Source: Fidelibacterota bacterium
Lineage (GTDB): Bacteria > Fidelibacterota > Marinisomatia > Marinisomatales > UBA2128
Direction of reading: 5' to 3'
Assembly (NCBI GenBank): GCA_046861645.1
Contig: JBHHUM010000027.1
Coordinates: forward strand, 1 to 27,276
DNA length: 27,276 nt
The notes beneath the pieces were generated by a model, which saw only the letters and a program-made list of their open reading frames with translations, searched no databases and was not told where the DNA came from. Position 1 is the first letter of the stretch. Each line of letters starts with the position of its first letter. The translations under genes and the position numbers were made by a program. Positions 1 to 8,709 of the stretch are shown in pieces.

Positions 1-41
1 ACAGCCTGCTTTAGCATGGTTGCAGCATTTAGCGTAGACAT
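1..41 (-). CDS. Possible 5' end of a gene running off the window (MSTLNAATMLKQAV...)
   Basis: ATG at 41..39 lies about 30 nt downstream of the stop of the co-oriented oxidoreductase, and the frame is open to the window edge. Only 13 codons are visible, so no product call. Confidence 0.3.
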   Translation of the reverse strand, partial: MSTLNAATMLKQA

Positions 42-70
42 TTATATCTTCGCATATTCTGATACAATCA

Positions 71-1093
71 TTACAGAGGAGTAAGCAACACTTTACCCAG
101 ATTACGATGATCCTGAATATAACTATGCGCTTCAGACGCCTCTTCGAACGAGAACACTTTGTCCACTTCGGGAGCAATCTTTCCGTCTCCTAACCAAGTC
201 ACAAGTTGTACCATCGCTTCTCCCAGACGCTCACGTTCTGACCAGAGATGACCGAGATTACAACCGATTACACCTTTATTATCGTTAATGAGTCGAATAG
301 GGTGGAACTTTGAGGTTGATAGTAGGGCACTTAAACCAGCGAAGAGATTACGTCGTTTCCCAGGTGCAGCCGAAGAGATACCAAAGAGAACCATATTACC
401 TAATGGACGCAAACATTCATAACTACGCTTTACATTTTTACCTCCAACTGGATCAAGAACCAGATCAACACCTTTTCCATTGGTAATCTCTAAAGTACTC
501 TCTACAAAGTCCTCGTGATTATAATCAATTAAATGGTCTGCACCCATTTTTCTTAAGGCATCATGTTTCCAGGACGAAGCAGTACCTATGATGATTTTTG
601 CTCTGATAATTTTAGCTAACTGTAAAGCGGCAATACCCACTCCTCCACCGATGCCGTGAATGAGAAGTGTGTCACCGTCACTAAATGCGGCCTGTTTAAC
701 CATCATGATGTAAGCCGTAAGATAATTAACCGGTAGTGCAGCCGCTGATTCTAAAGAGATACCGTCGGGAACTATCATTATTTGATCCTTAGGTACACAT
801 ACCTTCGATGAATAACCTTCAAATCTCGTTAGAGCAGCTACCCTTACTCCTAACCACCGGGTATCCACTCCTTCTCCTATAGCTTCTACGATACCGCTTA
901 CCTCGTATCCGACTACACAAGGAATTTTAGGGGAATCCGGATAAAGTCCCATGCGAGCTAAGATATCTGCAAAGTTAATTCCTGAAAAGTGAACAGTTAT
1001 CCTGAGTTGACCTTTTCCTGGTTCAGGATCAGTAGTTTCACGGAGTTCCAAAACATCTGGGGCACCATGACGGGGTATCCAAATCTGTTTCAT
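71..1093 (-). CDS. Medium-chain dehydrogenase/reductase, NADPH:quinone oxidoreductase type (VAT-1-like)
   Basis: GINFADxxxRxGxY, VGYEVSG, NYLTAY, Rossmann GxGGGVG and C-terminal GKVLL motifs. No catalytic-Zn GHE or Cys cluster. SD GAGGAG upstream. Confidence 0.88.
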   Translation of the reverse strand: MKQIWIPRHGAPDVLELRETTDPEPGKGQLRITVHFSGINFADILARMGLYPDSPKIPCVVGYEVSGIVEAIGEGVDTRWLGVRVAALTRFEGYSSKVCVPKDQIMIVPDGISLESAAALPVNYLTAYIMMVKQAAFSDGDTLLIHGIGGGVGIAALQLAKIIRAKIIIGTASSWKHDALRKMGADHLIDYNHEDFVESTLEITNGKGVDLVLDPVGGKNVKRSYECLRPLGNMVLFGISSAAPGKRRNLFAGLSALLSTSKFHPIRLINDNKGVIGCNLGHLWSERERLGEAMVQLVTWLGDGKIAPEVDKVFSFEEASEAHSYIQDHRNLGKVLLTPL

Positions 1094-1116
1094 TACGTTT
1101 TCTCCTCTTTCGCAGA

Positions 1117-1152
1117 TTGCAAAACCTAAGTAATCTCCCTATATTCCGCCGC
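1117..1152 (+). promoter_or_regulatory. Sigma70-type promoter for the PpiD-like gene, with GC-rich discriminator
   Basis: TTGCAA (1117-1122), 17 nt, TATATT (1140-1145), then CCGCCGC. SD AAGGAG follows shortly before ATG 1184. Confidence 0.7.
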
Positions 1153-1183
1153 ATTTTTTATGAGGAATCAAGGAGAAATATAA

Positions 1184-3013
1184 ATGGGTATGATGAATAC
1201 CTTACGGACTAAGATGCACTTTATCCTATGGGGACTGCTTATCATGTTCCTGGGAAGTATGACAGTAGGCGGATTGGTTGGTGGGGCAAATATTTTAGAT
1301 GAAATCTTTGGTTGGAGTGACGAAGATCCCCGCACCGCAATCGCAATTGTCAATGGTGAACTTATTCCTCCTGATATGTTCTTCCAAACTGTACAGAACC
1401 GTAGGGAACTGCTGCGACAGCAGGGACAGGAAATTTCTGAGCAGGAATACGATCAACTTTACGACGAAATTTGGGATGAACTGGTTCAAATAGCTGTAAT
1501 TGATCAGAAAGTTGAAGAACTCGGTATAACAGTTACTGATGATGAAATATTTTATGAACTTGAATCCAATCCACCACAAGTCTTTCAAACCGTGCCAGAT
1601 TTTCAGACGGATGGCGTCTTTGACAAGGAAAAGTATTTGGCAGCTCTGTACAATCCTCAGGGAGATGAATGGCTCTACTGGGAAGCTATTACCCGAGATT
1701 TTCTTCCAAGGAAAAAGCTCTTTGATCAAATACGCTACTCCATGACAGTAACTGATCTCGAAGTCCGACAGGAATATATTATTCAAAATGTAAACCAGAC
1801 CCTATCAGGAGTTGCCGTTCCTACCTCATCTTTCCGGGGAGATGAATTCAATGCTACTGATGAAGAAGTTCAGACGTACTATGAATCCCACTCCGAGGAC
1901 TATTACCAAGAAGAAACAAGAGTAATCAGATATGTCAAATGGGATAAGAAACCTACTGCAGAAGATACTACAGATATTGAGCAATTTGCTCAAGATATTA
2001 TCCAGCAAGTTAACGCAGGTGCTGATTTTCCCTCATTAGCAGAATTGCATTCAGCTGATCCCGGCTCTGCTGTTAAAGGTGGGGATTTAGGTTGGTTTGG
2101 CCGAGGAAGGATGGTACCTCCATTCGAGGAAGCTGCCTTTTCAGCGCAGGTCGGTGAGATTGTTGGTCCAGTTCTATCCCGTTTCGGCTATCATATCATC
2201 TGGATAAAAGATAAACGAGGGACAGGAGATGATGAAGAAATCCAAGCCAGTCATATCCTGCTAAAAGTGAACATGGGACCATCGACTCGGAGTCAACTTA
2301 AAAGAAAAGCAACTCAGTTTCTATATGAGGTCGAGGATTCAGGTTTCGACAAGGCAGTGGAAATATTTGATGTACCCTTAGACAGCTCCCGTCGTTTCAC
2401 AGAGAATTCACCTCTGCCTGGATTCGGTTTCAGTCGCGAACCCAGTCGATTTGCTTTTCGTTCAGAGTTAAATGATGTCAGCGATATTGTTTAAACTGAC
2501 AATAACTTTGCAATTTTTAAATTGATAGCTGTCCATGAACCGGGTACTCAACCTCTCGATGACGTCAGGAAACGAATTGAAAGAGAGGTACGATTAGAGA
2601 AGCAGATGGCCAAAGCAAAAGAGATGGTTACTGTGATATACGATGAAATACTTTCAGGGAAAAGTTTTAAAGAAATAGCTGATAGATATGATGAAGTTAA
2701 GCTTATAGAAAGTAAAGATCGCAAACTCTCCACCTCCATACCTTACACTGGTTTGAGGAATCCTAAACTTCTTGGTTTTATTGCTGTTGCTGAGCCGGGG
2801 AGACTATTTGAACCCTTTGAAGGACAACGAAGCTGGGTTATCATACGTTATGATGCTCAAGCCCCTATAGATGAAGAAGATTGGCTAATAAAGAAAGAAT
2901 CCATTCGGAATGATCTACTCACCAAGCGTCAAAATAATGCTATATCAGCTTTTGTTGAAGAGTTGATCGCAGATGCCGATATTGTAGATAATAGACGGTT
3001 TCATATCAGGTAA
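1184..3013 (+). pseudogene. ppiD: PpiD/SurA-N family membrane-anchored parvulin PPIase, interrupted by one in-frame TAA at 2492-2494 (pseudogene or sequencing error)
   Basis: N-terminal MMNTLR plus TM helix, SurA-N region, parvulin motif SADPGSAVKGGDLGWFGRGRMVPPFEEAAF...SRFGYHII. ORFs 1184..2494 and 2522..3013 are in the same frame and read ...VSDIV*TDNNFAIFKLIAV... through to C-terminal ADIVDNR. Confidence 0.8.
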
Positions 3014-3088
3014 CCTGCAAACATCAGTACTGTGAAACCTTCACAACTGTTCGTAGATTATTAAGGGTATTAACTAGAGTAATTTATT

Positions 3089-4087
3089 ATGCGTGCCATG
3101 ACTCTCCGTCAGCCGGGACCAATAGATAAAAACCGGCTAATTACGTCTTCACTAGAGTATACAAAACCGACTAAAGAGGAAGTCCTGATACGTGTAAGTT
3201 GTTGTGGTGTCTGCCGAACGGATCTTCATATTGTCGAAGGTGATCTCAAGGTTCCAGTTCTTCCGATAATACCGGGACATCAAGTAGTCGGCGTAGTAGA
3301 AGCTATAGGAAATGAAGTTGGAAATATTAAGGAAGGAGATCGTGTAGGTTTACCGTGGATGAATTCTACTTGTGGATCTTGTGACTATTGCGAAAGTAAT
3401 CAAGAAAACTTATGCAGTAAAGCCCAATTCACAGGATTACATCGCCATGGTGGTTATGCTGAATATGTAACCACTCCCCAACAGTTTGTATATCCCTTGC
3501 CAAACGATATTCCCTACGAACAGGTTGCCCCCCTACTTTGTGCAGGTGTTATTGGGTTCAGAACATTAAAACTTAGTGGTATTCAACCAGGTGAGAAATT
3601 AGGATTGTATGGTTTCGGCGCTTCTGCTCACGTTACTATTCAGGTGGCACGTCACTGGGATTGTAAGGTCTATGTTTTTACCCGTAGTATTGATCATCAA
3701 AAACATGCCGAAGAATTAGGCGCTTTCTGGACAGGTACCTCAAAGGATGATCCCGGTACGGAACTGGATGCCAGTCTTGTCTTCGCTCCAGTGGGATGGC
3801 TAATGATTGAGGCGCTGGAGAGAGTACGAAAAGGAGGAACCGTGATATCAGCAGGTATTCATATGAGTGATATTCCGCAGTTTCCTTACCAGCTTATTTA
3901 CGGTGAGAAAACTATCTCTACTGCTGCCAACGCCACCTATGCTGATGGCGCAGAATTGCTCCAGTTAGCTGGTGAAATTCCAATACGAACGGAAGTGGAG
4001 ATCTACAGCTTAGATAAAGCCAATGAAGCTTTACGAGATTTGAAAGCCAGCCGATTCAATGGTGCAGCAGTACTTACTATTAGTTAA
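3089..4087 (+). CDS. Zinc-dependent alcohol dehydrogenase (AdhA/AdhP-like MDR)
   Basis: CGVCRTDLH, PGHQVVG, structural Zn site CGSCDYC...C, LLCAGVIG, GLYGFGASAH. Confidence 0.9.
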   Translation: MRAMTLRQPGPIDKNRLITSSLEYTKPTKEEVLIRVSCCGVCRTDLHIVEGDLKVPVLPIIPGHQVVGVVEAIGNEVGNIKEGDRVGLPWMNSTCGSCDYCESNQENLCSKAQFTGLHRHGGYAEYVTTPQQFVYPLPNDIPYEQVAPLLCAGVIGFRTLKLSGIQPGEKLGLYGFGASAHVTIQVARHWDCKVYVFTRSIDHQKHAEELGAFWTGTSKDDPGTELDASLVFAPVGWLMIEALERVRKGGTVISAGIHMSDIPQFPYQLIYGEKTISTAANATYADGAELLQLAGEIPIRTEVEIYSLDKANEALRDLKASRFNGAAVLTIS

Positions 4088-4350
4088 TCCCCAAAAGTGT
4101 AGTGCTTCCTCACCTTTTCTATAACTAACCACTTACAAGATAATCCCTTCGGGAAGGTTACCATATCACCTGCTCCGAACACAACTTCTTCTTCATCCGT
4201 AGTTACTTTAACTTTTCCCTCTAACAGATAACATGTTTCGGCAACATCATAATACCATGGAAATTTGGATGGTTCGCACTCCCAGATTGGATTTTTTTTC
4301 ATGTCAGCGATTTCTGCTGCAGTAGGTTTATGAATCTTTATATTAAGCAT
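4084..4350 (-). CDS. Small cupin, DUF861/EutQ-like (Cupin_3)
   Basis: WECEPSKFPWYY..ETCYLLEGKV...GAGDMVTFPKG..C.W.V...VRKHY. The ATG overlaps the upstream TAA (TAATG). Confidence 0.88.
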   Translation of the reverse strand: MLNIKIHKPTAAEIADMKKNPIWECEPSKFPWYYDVAETCYLLEGKVKVTTDEEEVVFGAGDMVTFPKGLSCKWLVIEKVRKHYTFGD

Positions 4351-4904
4351 TAGTCTTCCTTCGGAACGAAATAAACATCAGTTGGTTTCAGCTTCGATAA
4401 TCTTCTGAATTTTGCCTCTACCGGCATCCCGATCCAATCCAAGGTTGCCTGGTTGGGATCTACCCCTAATAATCGAGTAAGTAACAGGGTATCCACACCC
4501 TCAAACTCAATCAACGCCAGCACAAATGGCGTCTCAGGTAGAAACTCTTCAGATCCGAAATAACAGACAGTGAAAGCGTGTATTTGTCCTTCTCTGGGTA
4601 GTTCGACCCAATCTGTTCTTGCACCGGAATACATATCATGTCCTCGGGGATTAGCATAAGTATAACCGCTTTCCTGGTCTCTATTCCCCAACAGATGCTT
4701 ATTCGTTAATCCCGCAAACCAGGGTGAGTCCTGGCCATAGGAATGAATATAGTCAATCTGGTACGGTTGTTTCATAATGATAGGTGCCATATTCTTTAGA
4801 TCAGATAGAGAATCGTCATTCAACTCTGTAGGAAACGGCACATTAAATAGAATCGTACCATCATCAGTTTCGATAATCTTTTTTACTACTTTATTTCCAG
4901 ACAT
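4350..4904 (-). CDS. DUF35/ChsH2-like OB-fold acyl-CoA-binding protein (degenerate Zn ribbon)
   Basis: WVELPREGQIHAFTV...PFVLALIEFEG...IGMPVEAKF OB-fold pattern. Lies directly after a thiolase-like gene. SD AGGAGGA at 4911-4917. Confidence 0.85.
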   Translation of the reverse strand: MSGNKVVKKIIETDDGTILFNVPFPTELNDDSLSDLKNMAPIIMKQPYQIDYIHSYGQDSPWFAGLTNKHLLGNRDQESGYTYANPRGHDMYSGARTDWVELPREGQIHAFTVCYFGSEEFLPETPFVLALIEFEGVDTLLLTRLLGVDPNQATLDWIGMPVEAKFRRLSKLKPTDVYFVPKED

Positions 4905-4906
4905 GG

Positions 4907-6265
4907 TTATTCCTCCTTTTCCAGAATAGATACAGTTACATAGGTTCCCGTACCAGCATGACTATGAATAGCACCTCGTTTAGCATTCTGAATCTGTAAG
5001 GTTTCGTCTCCAAAATGTTTGTTGATGGTCCCCTGAAGCTGCCAGATGGCGAAAACTCCCTGCATCAGTCCAGTTGCACCCACAGGATGACCACAGGCTA
5101 TCAGTCCACCGGAAGGATTAACAGGACAAACTGGTTCTTCGACAAGCTCCAGTCCATACTCAATGCCCGGTACAAAAGCTTTTCCACTAACGGCAAAAGT
5201 CCCTCCTTCACCATATCGACATAATCCCATATCTTCGTATGTCTGTATCTCTGACGAAGTATAGGCGTCATGTAACTCCACAAAATCGATCTCCACTATA
5301 GGATCTACTATACCACAGTTTTCGTAAGCTTCTTTGGATGCCATACGGCCGGCACGAAAAGAATGAATTCCCGGGTAACGAAAACCACTCAACCATAATT
5401 CCTGATAATAGGCTAAGTCATCGGTATTATTTTCCTTCTCGAGCAAATTTAATTTGACGAAGTCGTCATAGCTTTGGTGAGGGCGATCTGCCATCCGCAT
5501 GGCATCTGTACCCCGACCAATACCTGCTACTTTCACTTTGGAAATACTCTTCCCTGAAGCTTTTTCCAACTTAGAAAGACCTTCCTCACTGGCAAATATT
5601 ACGGCTGCGGCTCCATCGCTCATGACACATATATCAAGTCTGGTCAGAGGCCAGGCTACCATAGGAGCATTCCGAACATCTTCAATGGTCAGCTTCTCAC
5701 GTTTCTGAGAGTAGGGATTGTGATAGGCATTCATGTGATTTTTCACGGAAACGTGGGCCATCTGCTCCACAGTAGTACCGAATTCCTTCATGTGTCCCGT
5801 GACCATCATGGCGTAGTAGCCTGAGTAAAACCCGCCAACAGGATAGTCAAAGCTCACATCGGACGCCAGAGCGATGAACTCATTTCCTTTCCACGTGTTC
5901 ACGTGACTCATTGTCTCGAAGCCGTAAGCGATACAGACGTCCATGTAGCCGGACGCTACAGCCTTCCACGCTTCCTGAAAGCAGATGCCGCCGGTGGCTC
6001 CGCCCCCTTCCACTCGATGGCCAGGTTTAGGGCATAATCCAAGGTAATCTTGCACCATGATTCCGGCCATGAGTTGACGGCTGAAATGATCAGAAAAATA
6101 AGAGGCGACTGATCCATCTACTATTTCGATAAACTGCCTATGCGAGAGACCCAGATCGGCTATGGCATAATCGTAAGCCTCCTTCACAATGGCTGGAAAT
6201 GTTTTATCTGGTCGGGCCTTAGTAAACTTGCTGACTCCTCCCGAAACTGCATATACAGGACGCAT
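4907..6265 (-). CDS. SCP2-type thiolase-domain protein (archaeal-type acetyl-CoA acetyltransferase family), lacking the N-terminal catalytic Cys
   Basis: VKNHxNAxxNP, DICVMSDGAAA, ELHDAYT and VNPSGGLIACGHPVGATG motifs. The nucleophile loop reads EGGGATGG. SD AGGAGG at 6273-6278. Confidence 0.88.
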   Translation of the reverse strand: MRPVYAVSGGVSKFTKARPDKTFPAIVKEAYDYAIADLGLSHRQFIEIVDGSVASYFSDHFSRQLMAGIMVQDYLGLCPKPGHRVEGGGATGGICFQEAWKAVASGYMDVCIAYGFETMSHVNTWKGNEFIALASDVSFDYPVGGFYSGYYAMMVTGHMKEFGTTVEQMAHVSVKNHMNAYHNPYSQKREKLTIEDVRNAPMVAWPLTRLDICVMSDGAAAVIFASEEGLSKLEKASGKSISKVKVAGIGRGTDAMRMADRPHQSYDDFVKLNLLEKENNTDDLAYYQELWLSGFRYPGIHSFRAGRMASKEAYENCGIVDPIVEIDFVELHDAYTSSEIQTYEDMGLCRYGEGGTFAVSGKAFVPGIEYGLELVEEPVCPVNPSGGLIACGHPVGATGLMQGVFAIWQLQGTINKHFGDETLQIQNAKRGAIHSHAGTGTYVTVSILEKEE

Positions 6266-6576
6266 TGCTTTACCTCCTATGGGATGTTATGTGTCGTGTT
6301 GAGAGAATGATCATAAAGTGTAATGAAAGGTAGTGACAGAAGATAATTTCAGAAGGATTAGGGAGATTGGCAATTGATTTAGTACCATCACTGGAGATAT
6401 CAGGAAGCATAAATGAAATCATAAATCCTCTTATGAAGACAGAAGGGAGAAAAAATATTATCAATTTATGAAAAACTCATGAACAATTTATCCTGGAAGT
6501 AAAATTTAAGATTTTAGATTATTACCAGGTTGAATTTAAGAAATTATTGATTAATCCATTTTGAAGTACAGTTTAC

Positions 6577-7944
6577 TTATTTAGGAGTATAAGGCTGAGA
6601 TTCAGTTGCCAGAAACTCATCTTTGGCCTGGTTAAGCTCCTCAATCAACCTTATTCGCTGTTGGATCAGCTGAAAAATTAAATCCTTCCGTCGATAAAAA
6701 AGGGAAATAAAAGCGAGGTGCTGGCGATAATTTGATATTTTTCGAGTGTAATAGAGTGCAAAATTTCCTGAAGTTGGTAACGATAATGCGTACAACGTAG
6801 TAAGAATCTCATTGTGGAAAATAATCCAACATAACCAAATCTGAAGTGTGTAAAAGGTGGCAAAGGAACCTATACCTAATAAAAGTTTAACCGAGGATAT
6901 AAATGTTACCTGCTCGGTAAAACGTTTGGTCAGTAAGCGTGGAATTACATAAGGAATAATATTATTGACTGTACCCCAGAGATATATGGGAAAACCAAGA
7001 ACGAGGAAAAACCATGATTGAACTCTTTTAGCTGTGGTGACACCAGACCGTTTGGGAGAGAGAAACTCATCTCTAAGATGTAATCTCTCCAGGGTTCTGA
7101 GGTATTTGTGCAGTCTATCTCCTAACTGTTTAGCCCATTGAGGACGATTTTGATAAGACCATTTTACCGCATCTATTATCCCTTTTGTAACCAGGAAATC
7201 ATCCTTTTCAGATCTTTTATTCATTCCCAAGTCTACCATCAACTCGCTCTTGTAAACTGTTTCAAGAGCAGATACGATACTGCCGATTTCATCTTCGTCA
7301 ATGGTTGTGGTTAAGTGTGTTAGACTGGATCCGATTAAATCAGTCAATTTATTTACCGCTTGCACAGAATCCTCTCTATAGTCATCACGATAATCTTTTG
7401 GCAGGATAGGTCTACCGAATCGACAATAAACGTTGCTGTGAAATCTTTCGATATTTGAATAGTTTAACCCAATAGGCACAATCTGAACTCCCAACTGGAA
7501 ATCATTTCGCTCTTCTACTTCAAAAGCAATTCGAGCCGTACCGGTCTTAATGCGATGCAATCTTCGGTCAGCTTTACTGATCCCTTCAGGGAAAATCAAA
7601 AAAGGCCGTCCCGCTTCCAGATAACTGTAGAGTTTTTCAAATACTTCCTCATTCTGAATCATCATGGCAGGATCGTCTTGTCTGCGGTGAATAGGAATAA
7701 TCCCAGCTTTAGTTAAAAACCAGGAAGTAAACCTGTTGGAAAAGAGAGTGCTCTTTGCAATAAAGAAAATCCTTTTCTTGATGGCATAACCAACAATTAA
7801 AGCATCCATCATGGTATTGGGGTGGTTAGCTACAAAAATTGTGGGAAGATCATAATTCACTTTTTCAGCATGCTCAACAATCAGCTTGTTGAAGAATCTT
7901 TCCAGGGAGAGTACCGCTAAAAGACGAAGCAGAAAATATAACAT
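6577..7944 (-). CDS. Lysophospholipid/glycerol-3-phosphate acyltransferase (PlsC superfamily) with C-terminal membrane extension
   Basis: NHPNTMMD (HxxxxD), FIAKSTLF, IFPEG, KTGTARIA, IVPIGLNY. Several hydrophobic helices at the C-terminus. Confidence 0.88.
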   Translation of the reverse strand: MLYFLLRLLAVLSLERFFNKLIVEHAEKVNYDLPTIFVANHPNTMMDALIVGYAIKKRIFFIAKSTLFSNRFTSWFLTKAGIIPIHRRQDDPAMMIQNEEVFEKLYSYLEAGRPFLIFPEGISKADRRLHRIKTGTARIAFEVEERNDFQLGVQIVPIGLNYSNIERFHSNVYCRFGRPILPKDYRDDYREDSVQAVNKLTDLIGSSLTHLTTTIDEDEIGSIVSALETVYKSELMVDLGMNKRSEKDDFLVTKGIIDAVKWSYQNRPQWAKQLGDRLHKYLRTLERLHLRDEFLSPKRSGVTTAKRVQSWFFLVLGFPIYLWGTVNNIIPYVIPRLLTKRFTEQVTFISSVKLLLGIGSFATFYTLQIWLCWIIFHNEILTTLYALSLPTSGNFALYYTRKISNYRQHLAFISLFYRRKDLIFQLIQQRIRLIEELNQAKDEFLATESQPYTPK

Positions 7945-7992
7945 CAGAAATGGTTAATCGGTTGAATGACCACTATTCGTCCCTCAACCCTA

Positions 7993-8709
7993 TTAAGTTT
8001 CAGCCGGCATCACTCGCGATTTCAAAATATAACTCAAATAAAGAAAGGGAGTATCTATCGCTGCTACAAGAATCTTCAGCAGATAGGTTGAAATAATGAT
8101 TCCCATTACAGTATCAAGGGGTAACGCTTCAGTACCCGGTAAAATCTCAGGTAGGATCAGGAAAGCTAGCAAAGAAAATACTACTGAATCTATGAGTTGA
8201 CTGATCCAGGTACTTCCATTATTACGCAACCAAAGCCAGCGCCCCCGGGTTTTTTCTCTGATCAGATGAAAAGCCCAAATATCGTGGAATTGTGAGATTA
8301 GATATGCAATTAGGCTCGCTAAAATGATAGCAGGAGCAAAATCAAATATAGTAGCCATTCCCTGAGCAGCTCCCCAATCATCACTACTGGCAGTAAATTT
8401 CAGGATGAATTGCGACATTACCAGATAGAAGAGTGCCGCACCAAATCCAAGTAATACTGCTTGTCGGGCTTCTTTTTTACCATAATGCTCTGCCAGCAGA
8501 TCCGTTGCTAAAAATATGGAACCATAAACCACGTTTCCTCCTGTAGCGGGAATACCAAACAGAGTAATCTGTTTGGTCACAAAAATATTTGCCAGGACAA
8601 TACTTACCGCAATGTAGCCATAAAGCCAATGGCGTCCTTTAATAAAGGCTATCAATGTAAATCCTAAACCTATAATAGTCTGCAGAAGGAATAATATTTC
8701 GTTACTCAT
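7993..8709 (-). CDS. yhhQ: Queuosine precursor transporter (YhhQ/VUT family)
   Basis: FLATDLLAEHYGKKEAR, SLIAYLISQFHD, WLRNNGSTWISQLIDS, DTPFLY. Start moved to ATG 8709, which gives an ATGA overlap with the upstream stop. Confidence 0.88.
   Translation of the reverse strand: MSNEILFLLQTIIGLGFTLIAFIKGRHWLYGYIAVSIVLANIFVTKQITLFGIPATGGNVVYGSIFLATDLLAEHYGKKEARQAVLLGFGAALFYLVMSQFILKFTASSDDWGAAQGMATIFDFAPAIILASLIAYLISQFHDIWAFHLIREKTRGRWLWLRNNGSTWISQLIDSVVFSLLAFLILPEILPGTEALPLDTVMGIIISTYLLKILVAAIDTPFLYLSYILKSRVMPAET

Noticed and set aside
1..10. ACAGCCTGCT at the window start and GCTGTTGAAAA near 24297 as insertion-sequence termini
   Set aside because: Too short, no transposase or target duplication visible. 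The first is equally explained by coding sequence and the second by a local palindrome.
2492..2494. Stop-codon reassignment (TAA read as an amino acid), or Sec/Pyl recoding
   Set aside because: TAA is the evident true stop of many genes here (oxidoreductase, adh, cupin, thiolase, rnr). Sec uses TGA and Pyl uses TAG.
2522..3013. 163-aa ORF as an independent gene
   Set aside because: Same frame as the PpiD-like ORF, no SD, and the sequence is the expected C-terminus of that family.
6270..6464. 64-aa ORF upstream of the thiolase as a leader peptide or small protein
   Set aside because: TTG start without SD, no recognisable motif, composition consistent with AT-rich intergenic DNA. Cannot be supported.
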